Position numbers and translations under genes: made by a program. Shown here piece after piece: positions 1 to 11,550 of a stretch of DNA of 64,000 bases (positions within the stretch are counted from its first letter, which is position 1; every line of letters begins with the position of its first letter). The notes beneath the pieces are model-generated. The model was not told the DNA's origin, did no database searches, and saw only the letters and a program-made list of their open reading frames with translations. The stretch is taken from sequence record SRR20825006_1074, one strand, 5' to 3'.

Positions 1-366
1 CTGCGCCCAGGGGTGATCGTCGGTCAGCGTGACATGGATGATCGCCTCATGCCCTGGCGGGGTCATTGCCTCCAACCGCTCTTTGGCCCATCCGGTGACC
101 TCCATCACCGGCTGGCCGGAGGCGAGGTTTTTGACCGCCATGTCTTTCCACGAAATTCCCATGGCAAGCCCCGTCCCCAAGGCTTTGGAACAGGCTTCTT
201 TGGCGGCCCAGCGTTTGGCATAGGTGCCCGCAACGTCGCGACGACGTTCGGCTTTGTGTTGCTCCGCCTCCGTAAACACACGCTGTTTGAAACGATCTCC
301 AAAGCGCGCCAAAGTGCCGGAAATACGATCAATATTGGCAAGGTCCGTACCGATGCCAAGGATCAT
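1..366 (-). CDS. acpS: holo-[acyl-carrier-protein] synthase (3' end runs off window)
   Basis: Manual translation from ATG 366: [15 protein letters not shown]...[15 protein letters not shown], the AcpS motifs. ATG overlaps the stop of the upstream ORF. Not in the ORF track in this frame. Confidence 0.93.
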   Translation of the reverse strand, partial: MILGIGTDLANIDRISGTLARFGDRFKQRVFTEAEQHKAERRRDVAGTYAKRWAAKEACSKALGTGLAMGISWKDMAVKNLASGQPVMEVTGWAKERLEAMTPPGHEAIIHVTLTDDHPWAQ

Positions 367-827
367 TTGGGAGCCTCAAACAATGTCGCGATCTCGCCCG
401 TGGCCTGATTCAGCGCAAAACTCAGGCGACCCATTTTGGCCGGGCCGTCCTTGGGATCATACAGGCGCGCGGGCATCATGAACAACAGCCCCGTTGAAGG
501 CTCATAATCGGCCTCAAGGGCCGCAAAATCTAATGCTTCAAACCCGGAGCCTGCCGCATCTGCGGAAATGATCCGGCACTGCCGCCCGCCGACCTCGTCA
601 AAGGGCGGCGACAGGACCAAAACGTGAAAGGCCGCAGCGGCGGGTTCAATCGTATCCAAAAGCGCCAGCCGCACCACACCATTGGCAAAGGTCCGGGTGT
701 TTTCATCCCATGGCTCGACCACAGACGCCGCCGAGGCACGCCAGTCACAGGGCGTGACCTCCTGTGCCTGAGCCGTGAGCGGTAAGGTGGCGATGAAAAG
801 CGCGAAGACCCCTCGAAGACCCATCAT
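363..827 (-). CDS. hypothetical exported protein
   Basis: 154 aa ORF with signal-peptide-like N-terminus ([12 protein letters not shown]), tightly packed between the LysE gene and acpS. Confidence 0.75.
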   Translation of the reverse strand: MMGLRGVFALFIATLPLTAQAQEVTPCDWRASAASVVEPWDENTRTFANGVVRLALLDTIEPAAAAFHVLVLSPPFDEVGGRQCRIISADAAGSGFEALDFAALEADYEPSTGLLFMMPARLYDPKDGPAKMGRLSFALNQATGEIATLFEAPK

Positions 828-828
828 A

Positions 829-1452
829 TCATACCACTTTCGCTGTCAAAACTTTGAGGGCGGCAAAGCCGAAAAGAGCCGCAAACGCCCCCTCAAACAC
901 ACGATGAAGGCGCAAATAGCCCCGCGCGATGAAGCGGGTCGAAAACGCAAAGGCCATCGTGGACATGACCGTGAACGACACCGCCAGACAGGATGCGCCG
1001 ACTTGCAAAAGCGCGATGGGTTCTGCGCCTTCGGGGATCACCACCGCGAACAACGCGCCCCAAAACAGGATCGCTTTCGGGTTCATGACGTGGATGGTCA
1101 GGCCTTTGAGAAAGGACACGCGCAGTGGCTCGTTGACGGCGCGCACCTTGGCTTCTCCCTTTGCCATCGCGGCCCGCGCCGATTTGATGGCAAGCACCAA
1201 AAGATATCCGGCTCCAATATAGCGCAGCGCGTCGAGCACCCAGGCATGGGCCATCATCGCGGCGCCAAGGCCAAAGCCCGCAAGCAGGGCCCAAAACACC
1301 GATCCGCACCACACGCCGGTGGACACGGCAAACCCATTGGCGCGCCCACCACCCATGGCGGCCCCGACGATGGCCAAGATCGCCGGACCCGGAGAGCCAA
1401 CGGCAATCGCCCAGCCCAGCAAAATCGGCCAGAGGTCAGAAAACGGGATCAC
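829..1452 (-). CDS. LysE/RhtB family translocator
   Basis: SPGPA N-terminal motif, NPKAILF motif, hydrophobic 207 aa. Confidence 0.88.
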   Translation of the reverse strand: MIPFSDLWPILLGWAIAVGSPGPAILAIVGAAMGGGRANGFAVSTGVWCGSVFWALLAGFGLGAAMMAHAWVLDALRYIGAGYLLVLAIKSARAAMAKGEAKVRAVNEPLRVSFLKGLTIHVMNPKAILFWGALFAVVIPEGAEPIALLQVGASCLAVSFTVMSTMAFAFSTRFIARGYLRLHRVFEGAFAALFGFAALKVLTAKVV

Positions 1453-2210
1453 GCAGATGCCTCAGCACGCGCCGCATCCATCAGCCGCCGCATCTCGGCA
1501 ATCGCCGGTTTGATACCGCGAAAAATCGCCTCGCCGATAAGGAAATGACCGATGTTCAGTTCAACAATCTGTGGCAAAGCGGCAATCGGAGCAACGGTGT
1601 CATAAGTCAAACCGTGGCCCGCATGGACTTCCAGACCCAAATCCGTCGCAAACGCGGCCATCTCGGTGAGGCGTTTCAGTTCCTCGTCACGCGCCGCAAA
1701 ATCGCCCTCGGCGTGGAAATCGCAATAGGCCCCGGTGTGCAGTTCGACCACGGCGGCCCCGATCCGATGCGCAGCTTCGATTTGGCGTTTGTCCGCCGCG
1801 ATAAAGATCGACACACGACAGCCCGCCTCCCGCAAAGGCGCAATGAAATGCGCCAGTTTGTTCTCTTCGCGCGCGACTTCAAGCCCGCCTTCGGTGGTCC
1901 GTTCTTCACGCTTTTCGGGCACGATACAGACCGCATGTGGTTTATGGCGCAGTGCAATGGATTGCATCTCATCGGTCGCGGCCATTTCGAAATTCAGTGG
2001 CACAGAGAGCGCGGCAACAAGGCGTTCGATGTCATCGTCTGTGATATGACGGCGGTCTTCGCGCAGATGCGCCGTGATCCCGTCGGCGCCCGCCTCTTCG
2101 GCCAATTTAGCCGCTCGGATCGGGTCCGGGTAAGCCGAGCCACGCGCATTGCGCACGGTGGCAACGTGGTCGATGTTCATCCCAAGACGCAGCACGCTTG
2201 TCGCAGTCAT
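1449..2210 (-). CDS. pdxJ: pyridoxine 5'-phosphate synthase
   Basis: [43 protein letters not shown] motifs. Confidence 0.97.
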   Translation of the reverse strand: MTATSVLRLGMNIDHVATVRNARGSAYPDPIRAAKLAEEAGADGITAHLREDRRHITDDDIERLVAALSVPLNFEMAATDEMQSIALRHKPHAVCIVPEKREERTTEGGLEVAREENKLAHFIAPLREAGCRVSIFIAADKRQIEAAHRIGAAVVELHTGAYCDFHAEGDFAARDEELKRLTEMAAFATDLGLEVHAGHGLTYDTVAPIAALPQIVELNIGHFLIGEAIFRGIKPAIAEMRRLMDAARAEASA

Positions 2211-2309
2211 ATTCAGTGTCCTTGACGCTTTATTCGGTTTGCGGCCGACAATACCGCGCCTGCGTCGAAAGAAAACCGCGAATTCTTGATCCGACCGATC
2301 ACATCCTGT

Positions 2310-2966
2310 TCACACCTGATTGGGCGGAACCTTTTTGGCGGCGGCTTTTTTGCGACGGAGTTCCTCAAGCTTGGCTTTCAAGCGCCCGCGGCGGCTTTTC
2401 TGATACGCGGCAATCATTGGCAAAGTGACGTAATAGGCCGCCAAGCCCGCGACGATCCCCGGCAAAATCCCCCCGACCAGATAGGGCAGGAAAATCTCGT
2501 GAAAAAACCGGATGAGCGCATCCCAATTGGTGTCACGCTCTGTGAACAATGCCAAAAAGTTTTGCCAGAAATCATCAGCAGCATCAAAGAACTTGCCCAC
2601 CAATGAGCGCTCTGCCTCATGATTAAACCGCGTGCCCAAAATGAAATGCCCCATCTTCATCGAGATCACGCCAATCGGAACATAGGTCAACGGATTGCCG
2701 ACAAAAGTGGCAAGCAAGGCAGCAATCACATTGCCACGGGTGAGTTTGGCAATGGCGTAGGCAATGAAAAAGTGAAATCCAAACAAAGGGGTGAACACGG
2801 TAAACACCCCCGCAAACACGCCACGCGCGATTTTATGCGGCGTGTCTGGCAGGCGGTGCAGACGATGTTGAAGATAGCGCGCCGCGCGCGACCAACCACC
2901 TTTCGGCCAGATCACCTGCGACAGCCATTTCAATGGCGTCAGTTTTTCCCGGCGCTTGAAGACCAC
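2310..2966 (-). CDS. DUF2062-type membrane protein
   Basis: RLPDTPHKIARG...GNPLT pattern; usual neighbour of rsh in alphaproteobacteria. Confidence 0.8.
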   Translation of the reverse strand: MVFKRREKLTPLKWLSQVIWPKGGWSRAARYLQHRLHRLPDTPHKIARGVFAGVFTVFTPLFGFHFFIAYAIAKLTRGNVIAALLATFVGNPLTYVPIGVISMKMGHFILGTRFNHEAERSLVGKFFDAADDFWQNFLALFTERDTNWDALIRFFHEIFLPYLVGGILPGIVAGLAAYYVTLPMIAAYQKSRRGRLKAKLEELRRKKAAAKKVPPNQV

Positions 2967-2990
2967 ATCATCCCCCGTGGATCTCGTGTT

Positions 2991-5108
2991 TTAGGGCTTT
3001 CTGGTCAAATCCCTGTACCGCCGAACGCGCGCAACGTCGCTTTCGGCCTCAAGTGCAAGCATAACAGCATGAAGATGTTCTACATCTCGCAGATCGACAT
3101 CTACAATCAAACGGTAAAAGTCCGGTTTGCGATCAACAAATTGCAAATCAGAGATATTGGCCTTTTGTTCGGCGATTAAGGTACAAATTCTGCCCAAAAC
3201 GCCCGTGTCATTCGAAATCGTGATGTCGAGCGACACTGTATGTTCGGCGGCGTGAGGACCAGCGTGCCATTGCAAATCCACCCAACGCCCGGTTTCCGCC
3301 TCAAGCTCCTCAAGAGCCGGACAATCAATCGCGTGAATCACCACGCCCTTGCCGCGATAGGTGATGCCAACAATGCGCTCACCGGGCACCGGTTGGCAGC
3401 ATCGCGCACGATTGTAGCTTTCGCCCTCGGACAAGCCCAGAACCGCGCGTTTGGAATCAATCGCGCCGCTGGTGCGCACCAATTCCGGATAAACAGCGCG
3501 AACCACATCGGAGGCGGCCAATTCGGCCGAGCCCAGCCGCGCCAATAGTTCTTGGGCGCTCACCAGAGACATTTGTTTGGCCGCCGTCGCCAATGCCTTT
3601 TCCGAGGATTTTTTGCCGACATGATCGAAAGCGACGCGCGCCAATTCCCGGCCCAGTTTGATAAACCGCTCGCGATCCTCTTCGCGCAGGGATTTGCGGA
3701 TCGCGGCCTTGGCGCGTCCGGTCACAACGATGTCGATCCACGTCGCTTGTGGGCGCTGCCCTTCGGCAGTGAGAATTTCGACCGACTGGCCGTTTTTCAA
3801 CCGGGTCCAAAGCGGCACACGGATGCCGTCCACTTTAGCGCCAACGCAGCTGTTCCCGATCCGGGTGTGGATCGCATAGGCATAATCCAAAGGCGTTGCG
3901 CCTTTCGGCAAGGACACAACCTCGCCTTTGGGCGTAAAGGTGAACACCTTGTCCGAGTACATTTCGAGTTTGACGTGTTCGAGAAACTCGGAATGATCCT
4001 CAGCGTTTTCAAACCGTTCGGTGAGCTGCGCCAGCCATTTGGCCGGATCAACCGCAAACGGGTTCTTGGCGCGCACACCGTCGCGATATGACCAATGCGC
4101 CGCCACGCCAGACTCAGCCACTTCGTGCATTTGCCGGGTGCGAATTTGCACCTCGACCCGCTTGCCATCGCGGCCCGACACGGTGGTGTGGATCGACCGA
4201 TAACCGTTGGATTTCGGCTGCGAGATATAGTCTTTGAATCGGGTCGGCACGGCGCGCCAGCGTTGGTGGATCACCCCCAAAACGCGGTAGCAATCGCCCT
4301 CGGAGCGGGTGATGACACGAAAGCCGTAAATGTCTGACAGACGGGAGAAACTTTGTTGTTTCTCCTCCATTTTGCGCCAGATCGAATAGGGTTTTTTGGC
4401 GCGACCAAACACATCCGCCTCAATGCCCTCTTTTTCAAGTTCGGCGCGAATGTCGTTGGTGATCTTATGGATCACATCACCGGTCTCGCGTTGCAACGTG
4501 ATAAAGCGACGGATGATCGAATTGCGCGCCTCGGGATTGATCACCCGAAAACTGAGATCTTCCAATTCTTCGCGCATCCATTGCATGCCCATCCGACCGG
4601 CAAGCGGCGCAAAGATGTCCATGGTTTCGCGCGCTTTTTGCAGCTGCTTTTCCGGGCGCATGGACTTGATCGTACGCATGTTGTGCAGACGGTCGGCGAG
4701 TTTGACCAAAATGACGCGCAAGTCTTTCGACATCGCCATAAACAGTTTACGAAAGTTTTCCGCCTGTTTGGTCTCGGAACTCGACAGTTGCAGATTGGTG
4801 AGCTTCGTCACCCCATCGACCAGCTCGGCCACATCGGTGCCGAATTTGCGCTCGACCTCGCTATAGGTCGATTTCGTGTCCTCGATCGTGTCATGCAACA
4901 GGGCGGTGATGATAGTGGCATCATCAAGCGCCTGTTCGGTCAGGATCGCGGCAACGGCAACGGGATGAGTGAAATACGGCTCGCCCGAGCGGCGAAACTG
5001 CCCCTCGTGCATCTCCCGCCCGTAGGCATAAGCCTCGCGGATGAGATTGGCGTTTGTCTTTGGGTTGTAGTTGCGGACCAGGGCGATCAGGTCTTCGACG
5101 TCGATCAT
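2991..5108 (-). CDS. spoT: bifunctional (p)ppGpp synthetase/hydrolase (RelA/SpoT homolog)
   Basis: HEGQFRRSGEPYFTHP, LHDTIED (HD), KLADRLHNMRT, EVQIRT, TGS and ACT domains. ATG 5108 preferred over TTG 5120. Confidence 0.97.
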   Translation of the reverse strand: MIDVEDLIALVRNYNPKTNANLIREAYAYGREMHEGQFRRSGEPYFTHPVAVAAILTEQALDDATIITALLHDTIEDTKSTYSEVERKFGTDVAELVDGVTKLTNLQLSSSETKQAENFRKLFMAMSKDLRVILVKLADRLHNMRTIKSMRPEKQLQKARETMDIFAPLAGRMGMQWMREELEDLSFRVINPEARNSIIRRFITLQRETGDVIHKITNDIRAELEKEGIEADVFGRAKKPYSIWRKMEEKQQSFSRLSDIYGFRVITRSEGDCYRVLGVIHQRWRAVPTRFKDYISQPKSNGYRSIHTTVSGRDGKRVEVQIRTRQMHEVAESGVAAHWSYRDGVRAKNPFAVDPAKWLAQLTERFENAEDHSEFLEHVKLEMYSDKVFTFTPKGEVVSLPKGATPLDYAYAIHTRIGNSCVGAKVDGIRVPLWTRLKNGQSVEILTAEGQRPQATWIDIVVTGRAKAAIRKSLREEDRERFIKLGRELARVAFDHVGKKSSEKALATAAKQMSLVSAQELLARLGSAELAASDVVRAVYPELVRTSGAIDSKRAVLGLSEGESYNRARCCQPVPGERIVGITYRGKGVVIHAIDCPALEELEAETGRWVDLQWHAGPHAAEHTVSLDITISNDTGVLGRICTLIAEQKANISDLQFVDRKPDFYRLIVDVDLRDVEHLHAVMLALEAESDVARVRRYRDLTRKP

Positions 5109-5147
5109 TTCGGTCCGCAAACTCCTTTGAGGGGCGCCATGGCGCCC

Positions 5148-5501
5148 TTAGTTTTGGCCCTGAGCTTCCATCAAGGCGCGCAGGAGTTTCTCTTCGGACA
5201 TGTCGTCTTCGACCGGTTTGTCCTGTTCCTGGCCCATGAGCAGAGCCATTTGATCGTCTTCCGGCTCGTCGACCTCGATCTGGGTCTGTTGGCTTTCGAT
5301 CATCCGCTCGCGCAGCGCGTCGGCGGACTGAGTTTCCTCAGCAATCTCACGCAAAGCCACAACCGGATTCTTGTCGTTGTCACGATCCACGGTCAGTGCA
5401 GAGCCCGCCGCAACCTCACGCGCACGGTGAGCCGCAAGCATCACAAGCTCGAAACGGTTCGGGACTTTGTCGACGCAATCTTCAACTGTGACGCGGGCCA
5501 T
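5148..5501 (-). CDS. rpoZ: RNA polymerase omega subunit
   Basis: [30 protein letters not shown]...[11 protein letters not shown]. Confidence 0.97.
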   Translation of the reverse strand: MARVTVEDCVDKVPNRFELVMLAAHRAREVAAGSALTVDRDNDKNPVVALREIAEETQSADALRERMIESQQTQIEVDEPEDDQMALLMGQEQDKPVEDDMSEEKLLRALMEAQGQN

Positions 5502-5583
5502 GTGGATCTCCAATCGTTGGACGGATGGGGTACAAAGGCCCTATTTAGGCGCAAGGCGTCCCATTGACAAGCGCCCTCTCCCC

Positions 5584-6207
5584 TTAATTCACGGGGATTT
5601 CAAGACCCGATTGCGCTTTTATCTCGGATTTATCCACATCAGGCAGGGCGTCGACCATCTCTTGTACGGTTTTGCCAAGCAACGGATGAACCCAATCAGG
5701 TGCCAGATCGGCAAAGGGAATCAGCATAAATGCCCGATCTTGGATACGCGGGTGCGGCAGGATCAATGTCTCAGGCGCTTGTGTGGTCTGCGCGCTCATC
5801 GGCAAATCCATCCAGGCCTGGACAGTTTTTGCATTGGGGCGCACTTCGCCCTCCATCGCCATCAGATCAAGATCAATCGACCGCCCCGCCCAGCGCGTTT
5901 TGCGCACCCGGCCATGCCGGGCCTCGATATCATGCAACAGGCTCAATACCGCTTCGGGGGTTAGCTCAGTCTCGACTTCAACCGCGAAATTGATATAGGC
6001 TGGACCAGCACCAACAGGAAAACACGGCGTTTCAAAAACACGACTCGCCCTCCTGACAGTCACCCCCATGTCGCGCAGGTCCTGCACCGCCGCGAACAGC
6101 GTTTCGACCGGTTCGCCCGTTTCCGTGGGCAAATTGGCCCCAAATGCAACCCATGCGCGCATTTTCGCGCATTTTTCATCAACGCCTCGCGACACGATCG
6201 CCTCCAC
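5584..6207 (-). CDS. folK: 2-amino-4-hydroxy-6-hydroxymethyldihydropteridine diphosphokinase
   Basis: AFGANL, RWAGRSIDLDL, LPHPRIQDRAF motifs. Start may be ATG 6162. Confidence 0.93.
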   Translation of the reverse strand: MEAIVSRGVDEKCAKMRAWVAFGANLPTETGEPVETLFAAVQDLRDMGVTVRRASRVFETPCFPVGAGPAYINFAVEVETELTPEAVLSLLHDIEARHGRVRKTRWAGRSIDLDLMAMEGEVRPNAKTVQAWMDLPMSAQTTQAPETLILPHPRIQDRAFMLIPFADLAPDWVHPLLGKTVQEMVDALPDVDKSEIKAQSGLEIPVN

Positions 6208-6330
6208 CCTATATTTTTAGACAAGTTCATATTTGATGCGTTTCGTACTACTGACAGCTCCAGAAAGCCACGAACACTTGGTCACCCATTCGGGAAGGCC
6301 CAACAAAAAACAACCCAAAAGGACCTTTTG

Positions 6331-6891
6331 ATGTTTTACAAAGATGAACGGCTTGCCTTGTTCATCGATGGATCGAACCTCTATGCGGCCGCCAAGTCGC
6401 TGGGTTTCGATATCGATTACAAACTTCTCCGACAGGAATTCATGCGCCGCGGCAAACTTTTGCGTGCGTTTTATTACACCGCCCTGCTCGAAAACGATGA
6501 ATATTCTCCGATCCGCCCGCTGGTTGATTGGCTGAATTACAACGGCTTCACGATGGTGACCAAACCCGCCAAGGAATTCACCGATTCCATGGGTCGCCGC
6601 AAGATCAAGGGCAATATGGACATCGAATTGACCGTTGATGCCATGGAACTTGCGCCCCGGATTGATCACATTGTGATTTTCTCCGGCGATGGCGATTTCC
6701 GCCCGCTGGTCGAAAGCCTGCAACGTCAAGGCGTGCGCGTCTCCGTGGTCTCGACCATTCGCTCGCAACCACCGATGATTGCCGACGAACTGCGCCGTCA
6801 GGCCGATAATTTCATCGAACTTGAAGAGCTGCGCAATGTGATCGGTCGCCCCGCACGCGAGCCGCGCGAAGACGATGCCTTCGACGAATAA
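6331..6891 (+). CDS. NYN domain (LabA/DUF88) protein
   Basis: FIDGSNL, KGNMDIELTVD, SGDGDF acidic PIN-like motifs; AAGGA SD. Confidence 0.92.
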   Translation: MFYKDERLALFIDGSNLYAAAKSLGFDIDYKLLRQEFMRRGKLLRAFYYTALLENDEYSPIRPLVDWLNYNGFTMVTKPAKEFTDSMGRRKIKGNMDIELTVDAMELAPRIDHIVIFSGDGDFRPLVESLQRQGVRVSVVSTIRSQPPMIADELRRQADNFIELEELRNVIGRPAREPREDDAFDE

Positions 6892-6919
6892 GCCTGCTGA
6901 TTACAGCATCACACGGATC

Positions 6920-6949
6920 ATGGCCCGGACAGATGTTCGGGCCATTTTT
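6920..6949 (+). terminator. intrinsic terminator after the NYN gene
   Basis: ATGGCCCGGACA-GA-TGTTCGGGCCAT followed by TTTT. Confidence 0.7.
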
Positions 6950-7033
6950 GTTGAGACAATCGGCAACTGAGCGCCCCGAAACATTGCACCCGCACCCATT
7001 TCGCCCTACCTCTTGTGACAACAGGAGCGCGCC

Positions 7034-7984
7034 ATGACCAAACCCTCTTTGACCCTTTACCTTGCAGCCCCCCGCGGCTTTTGCGCCGGTGTAGATCGCG
7101 CCATCAAGATCGTTGAACTGGCGATTGAAAAATGGGGCGCGCCCGTCTATGTGCGCCACGAGATCGTTCACAACAAATTCGTCGTGGATAGCCTGCGCGA
7201 CAAAGGAGCCGTGTTTGTCGAAGAGTTGGACGATTGCCCCGATGATCGCCCGGTGATTTTTTCGGCCCATGGTGTGCCGAAAGCCGTGCCCGCCGAGGCC
7301 GCCAAACGCGAGATGGTCTATGTCGATGCCACCTGTCCGCTGGTGTCCAAAGTGCATATCGAGGCCGAGCGTCATTTCGAGGCCGGACTTCAGATGGTGA
7401 TGATTGGCCACGCGGGTCATCCGGAAACCATCGGCACCATGGGGCAATTGCCCGTGGGCGAGGTGCTTTTGGTCGAAACGCCGGGGGATGTCGCCGGGCT
7501 TTCTGTGCGTGATCCTGAAAAACTGGCCTTTATCACCCAGACCACATTGTCGGTCGATGACACTGTGGATGTGATCGCCGCCCTGCGCGCGCGGTTTCCG
7601 AACATCATCGGCCCGCACAAAGAAGACATCTGCTACGCCACAACCAACCGGCAAGCGGCGGTCAAAGCCATCTCATCACATATAGACGCTCTTTTGGTCA
7701 TTGGTGCGCCTAATAGTTCAAATAGCAAACGTTTGGTCGAAGTCGGATCGGCCAATGGCTGTGCCTATTCTCAGCTTGTCCAACGTGCCACCGAGATTGA
7801 TTGGCGCGCCTTGGCAGGTATCCAATCCGTCGGCATCACCGCCGGTGCCTCCGCGCCTGAGCTATTGGTCAATGAGGTGATCGACGCCTTCAAAGCCCGC
7901 TATGATGTCACCGTCGAATTGGTCGAAACCGCGCAGGAAAACGTCGAATTCAAAGTGCCGCGTATTTTAAGGGAACCCGCATGA
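7034..7984 (+). CDS. ispH: 4-hydroxy-3-methylbut-2-enyl diphosphate reductase
   Basis: [45 protein letters not shown]. Confidence 0.97.
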   Translation: MTKPSLTLYLAAPRGFCAGVDRAIKIVELAIEKWGAPVYVRHEIVHNKFVVDSLRDKGAVFVEELDDCPDDRPVIFSAHGVPKAVPAEAAKREMVYVDATCPLVSKVHIEAERHFEAGLQMVMIGHAGHPETIGTMGQLPVGEVLLVETPGDVAGLSVRDPEKLAFITQTTLSVDDTVDVIAALRARFPNIIGPHKEDICYATTNRQAAVKAISSHIDALLVIGAPNSSNSKRLVEVGSANGCAYSQLVQRATEIDWRALAGIQSVGITAGASAPELLVNEVIDAFKARYDVTVELVETAQENVEFKVPRILREPA

Positions 7985-8592
7985 GCCTCGAATTTCTTCT
8001 GACCGCATGTATCGTCTGTCTGGCTCCGGGGATTGGGGTCATCTTTACCCTGTCCACCACATTGGGGCGCGGTCTCATCGCTGGGCTTTGGGCCATTGTC
8101 GGGTGCACCCTTGCCACCGTGTTACATCTTGGCTTTGCAATGGCCGGACTCGCGGCGGTGTTGCAAACTTCCGCTGTGTTGTTTGCGGCGATCAAATACG
8201 CTGGTGTGGCCTATCTGCTCTACATGGCTTGGGGCACATTGAAAGGCAGTGGCTCCCTTGCTATCTCGCCCGAACACCGGGTCCAATCGCCTTTTGCCCT
8301 GATCAAACGTGGGATTTTTCTGAACCTGCTCAACCCGAAACTGCCGATGTTTTTCGTCGCCTTTCTGCCGCAGTTTATTCCGGCAAACGCCGCTCATCCG
8401 ACGGCGCTTTTGGTCCAACTGGGTCTCGGCTTTGTCGCGATGACATTTTCCGTATTCGTTTTATACGCACTCGCCGCAGGCTGGCTGCGTGCGCGCGTGG
8501 TTGAAAGCGAACCCGCCATGACATGGATGCGCCGAGCCTTTGCCGCCTCTTTCGCAGGGCTTGGGCTTAAACTGGCGCTTGAGCGAGCATGA
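7981..8592 (+). CDS. LysE/RhtB family translocator
   Basis: APGIG N-terminal motif, [10 protein letters not shown] motif; start overlaps ispH stop. Confidence 0.87.
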   Translation: MSLEFLLTACIVCLAPGIGVIFTLSTTLGRGLIAGLWAIVGCTLATVLHLGFAMAGLAAVLQTSAVLFAAIKYAGVAYLLYMAWGTLKGSGSLAISPEHRVQSPFALIKRGIFLNLLNPKLPMFFVAFLPQFIPANAAHPTALLVQLGLGFVAMTFSVFVLYALAAGWLRARVVESEPAMTWMRRAFAASFAGLGLKLALERA

Positions 8593-8667
8593 TCCCACCT
8601 CGCTGCGCGTGTGGTGTCGAACAAAAGCTTGACGCCAGCCCCTTACTCTTTATCAGGCGCTCCTATC

Positions 8668-9129
8668 ATGGCTAGATTTTATGCATATACTGACGGGGCC
8701 TGCTCCGGAAATCCCGGTCCAGGCGGCTGGGGTGCTTTGCTTTTGGCGAAAGAGGGCGACACCGTTCTCAAGGAGCGCGCATTGTGCGGCGGCGAAGCGG
8801 ATACAACCAACAACCGGATGGAGCTTTTGGCCGCCATCACCGCTTTGGAAACACTCGAACGCCCTTCCGAGATCACCGTCATCACCGATTCTGCCTATGT
8901 CAAAAATGGCGTAACGGGTTGGATTCATGGCTGGAAGCGCAACGGTTGGAAAACCGCAAACAAAAAGCCGGTGAAAAACGTCGATCTGTGGCAGCGCATT
9001 GATGAGGCGCAAAAGCGGCACAACGTGATCTGGGAATGGGTCAAAGGCCACGCGGGCCATCCCGAAAATGAACGCGCGGACGAATTGGCCCGCACCGGGA
9101 TGGCCCCGTTTAAGAAAGCCGCGACATGA
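8668..9129 (+). CDS. rnhA: ribonuclease HI
   Basis: [39 protein letters not shown]. Confidence 0.97.
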   Translation: MARFYAYTDGACSGNPGPGGWGALLLAKEGDTVLKERALCGGEADTTNNRMELLAAITALETLERPSEITVITDSAYVKNGVTGWIHGWKRNGWKTANKKPVKNVDLWQRIDEAQKRHNVIWEWVKGHAGHPENERADELARTGMAPFKKAAT

Positions 9130-9749
9130 GCGTGCTCTCGGCGCTCGATTATACTGCTGTGATCGTTTTTGCGATTTCTGGCGCTTTGGCCGCCTCTCGC
9201 GCCCAGCTCGACATCGTCGGCTTTGCCTTTGTCGCCTGTTTGACGGCGGTCGGCGGCGGCACAATCCGCGATGTGCTGCTCAATCGCGATGCGGTCTTTT
9301 GGATCTCCGATCCAACCTACATCCTGATCGCGACATTGATCGCCACCATTGTGTTTTTCACCGCGCATCTGTTTGAAAGCCGTCTCAAAGCCCTGATGTG
9401 GGCGGATGCGATTGCCCTTGGCGTCGCCGTCGCGGCGGGGGCGGGTGTGGCGCTCAAACTGGGCCAACCGCCGGTGATCATTGCGCTGATGGGCGTGGCA
9501 ACCGGGTGTTTTGGCGGTTTGATGCGCGATGTGGTCTGTAACGAAGTGCCGTTGATTTTGACCCAAGGCGAACTTTACGCCTCAGCGGCTTTGGCTGGGG
9601 CGATCGCGATGATCACCGCATCTTATTTGGATTTTACGCCAATTTATTCCTATATTTCATGTGCCGTTTTGACGTTCGGCCTGCGCGCCGGGAGTCTGAT
9701 CTTTGGCTGGTCTCTGCCCGTTTACAAGTCGCGCCCGCCGCGTTTCTAA
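9126..9749 (+). CDS. UPF0126 / trimeric intracellular cation channel family membrane protein
   Basis: Duplicated [10 protein letters not shown] / FGGLMRDVV motifs. Confidence 0.9.
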   Translation: MSVLSALDYTAVIVFAISGALAASRAQLDIVGFAFVACLTAVGGGTIRDVLLNRDAVFWISDPTYILIATLIATIVFFTAHLFESRLKALMWADAIALGVAVAAGAGVALKLGQPPVIIALMGVATGCFGGLMRDVVCNEVPLILTQGELYASAALAGAIAMITASYLDFTPIYSYISCAVLTFGLRAGSLIFGWSLPVYKSRPPRF

Positions 9750-9883
9750 ACCTTGATGTACCACGTTGCCGCAATGCCGATGCAGCAGACGACAAACCAC
9801 CCGCCGGGGCGGAACATCAGCCAAAGACAGAGGCCAAACAACAGCCGAACCACCATTCCCGGAAGTGCCAAAAGCCCAAACAT
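9746..9883 (-). CDS. small hydrophobic protein, 45 aa (not in ORF track)
   Basis: AGGAGG 5 nt before ATG 9883; [45 protein letters not shown]; fills the gap between two genes. Confidence 0.6.
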   Translation of the reverse strand: MFGLLALPGMVVRLLFGLCLWLMFRPGGWFVVCCIGIAATWYIKV

Positions 9884-9892
9884 GCAACCCTC

Positions 9893-10135
9893 CTAACGTC
9901 GCTTGCGCCAATGGGTCGGCACAATGATCAGCGCGCCGAGTGAGGAGACGATGGCATTCACACCAGGCGGGTTCAACCCGATGCCGAACATCAGTTTGAG
10001 GAAATAGGCCAAAAACGCGCCACCAATGCAGATGATGATCGAAGGCAAATAGCCATTACTGGTAAATCCTGTTTTTTCAACGGCATAACCAACGATACCG
10101 GCGATAAACACTGTGCCGATCAGAACTGGAAACAT
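9893..10135 (-). CDS. small membrane protein (GlsB/YeaQ/YmgE-like)
   Basis: 80 aa with three hydrophobic segments, directly downstream of fmt. Confidence 0.7.
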   Translation of the reverse strand: MFPVLIGTVFIAGIVGYAVEKTGFTSNGYLPSIIICIGGAFLAYFLKLMFGIGLNPPGVNAIVSSLGALIIVPTHWRKRR

Positions 10136-10144
10136 CGGGTGACC

Positions 10145-11050
10145 TCACGCAAAACGGCTGCCTTTGGGGACATCCATCCCCTTTAGAATTTCGCTGACAG
10201 CCATAGCACGTTTTCCCTCGCGCTGCGCGGTGAGAATTTCGACGCTGCCGTCACCACAGGCAATGGTAAACGTGCCCATCACCTCACCGGGTTGACCCGC
10301 CCCATCGACCAGACGCGAGGAAAGAAATTTGATCCGCTCGCCTTGGTAGTCCGCCCAAGCGCCGGGAAAGGGCGACAGCCCGCGAATTTGGCGGTCAATC
10401 TCGGTGGCCGAACGAGTCCAGTCTATTTTAGCCTCGGATTTGTCGATCTTTTTGGCGTAGGTCACGCCCTCTTCTGGCTGCGGCACTGCGGTCAAATCGG
10501 CCAGCGTTGACAGCGCCTCAACAATCGCAGCCGCGCCCATTTTCGAGAGACGATCATGCAAACTCGCCGTGGTATCCTCCGCCGAGATCAAAGTTTCACG
10601 GCGCAAGAGCACGGGGCCGGTGTCGAGTCCTGCCTCCATCTGCATGATGCACACGCCAGTCTCGGCATCGCCTTCCAAAATTGCGCGGTGGATCGGCGCG
10701 GCCCCGCGCCACCGCGGCAGGAGCGAGGCGTGGATATTCAGGCAGCCCAGTTTCGGCGCGTCCAAAATGCTCTGCGGCAGCAACAGCCCATAAGCCACGA
10801 CCACGGCAACCTCGGCATTGAGCGCGACAAATTCGGCGACGTCTTCGGGGTTTTTGAAATTAACCGGATGACGGACCGGCAGGCCCATCGCTTCGGCGCG
10901 GGCCTGAACCGGGGTTGGCCGATCCTTCTTGCCCCGCCCCGCCGGACGCGGAGGCTGGCAATAGACGCACGCAATCTCATGACCTGCGTCCACAAGCGCC
11001 TCAAGCACTGGCACCGAAAACTCCGGCGACCCCATAAAGATCACCCTCAT
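10145..11050 (-). CDS. fmt: methionyl-tRNA formyltransferase
   Basis: [40 protein letters not shown]. Confidence 0.97.
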   Translation of the reverse strand: MRVIFMGSPEFSVPVLEALVDAGHEIACVYCQPPRPAGRGKKDRPTPVQARAEAMGLPVRHPVNFKNPEDVAEFVALNAEVAVVVAYGLLLPQSILDAPKLGCLNIHASLLPRWRGAAPIHRAILEGDAETGVCIMQMEAGLDTGPVLLRRETLISAEDTTASLHDRLSKMGAAAIVEALSTLADLTAVPQPEEGVTYAKKIDKSEAKIDWTRSATEIDRQIRGLSPFPGAWADYQGERIKFLSSRLVDGAGQPGEVMGTFTIACGDGSVEILTAQREGKRAMAVSEILKGMDVPKGSRFA

Positions 11051-11550
11051 TTCATCGCCCCCGCTTTTTTCGCCTTTTTCAAAAACATCTGACGTTTCAC
11101 CGGTTTGAGATGATCGAAATACATTTTGCCGTTCAGGTGGTCGATCTGATGCTGCACCGAGGTGGCCCAAAGATGCACAAAATCGCGCTCCTCGATCTCT
11201 CCCGCCTCATTAAGAAACTGCACTGTAACCGCCCGCGGGCGAGTGATGACAGCAGACATGCCCGGCAGGTTGGGCGAGGCTTCTTCGTGATCACGCGGCT
11301 GTACCGAGGCATGGAGCACCTTGGGGTTGGCCATGCGCACAGCCTTGCCGCGCTCATCCGAACAATCGACCACAGCGAGTTGCATCATCACACCGATTTG
11401 CGGTCCGGCAAGCCCGTATCCCGGCATCGCATCCATGGTCTCAATCATGTCGTCCCAGATCGCGCGGATCTCGTCGGTGATTTCGGTCACAGACGGCACC
11501 ACGGTTTTCAGGCGCTTGTCGGGATAGGGGATAAACGGGCGCTGAGTCAT
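11047..11550 (-). CDS. def: peptide deformylase-like protein (degenerate active site)
   Basis: PDF motif [10 protein letters not shown] present, but EASPN replaces EGCLS and HQIDH replaces HExxH. Confidence 0.85.
   Translation of the reverse strand: MTQRPFIPYPDKRLKTVVPSVTEITDEIRAIWDDMIETMDAMPGYGLAGPQIGVMMQLAVVDCSDERGKAVRMANPKVLHASVQPRDHEEASPNLPGMSAVITRPRAVTVQFLNEAGEIEERDFVHLWATSVQHQIDHLNGKMYFDHLKPVKRQMFLKKAKKAGAMK

Noticed and set aside
4353-5567. Long antisense ORFs in the track (e.g. 4353-5567, 15330-16649, 19781-21076, 26186-27388, 51069-52199)
   Set aside because: They shadow well-supported genes on the other strand, lack family motifs, and are expected in high-GC coding DNA.
5630-5638. 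Perfect DnaA box TTATCCACA upstream of rpoZ
   Set aside because: Single copy inside the folK coding sequence (D-V-D-K codons); chance is a sufficient explanation.
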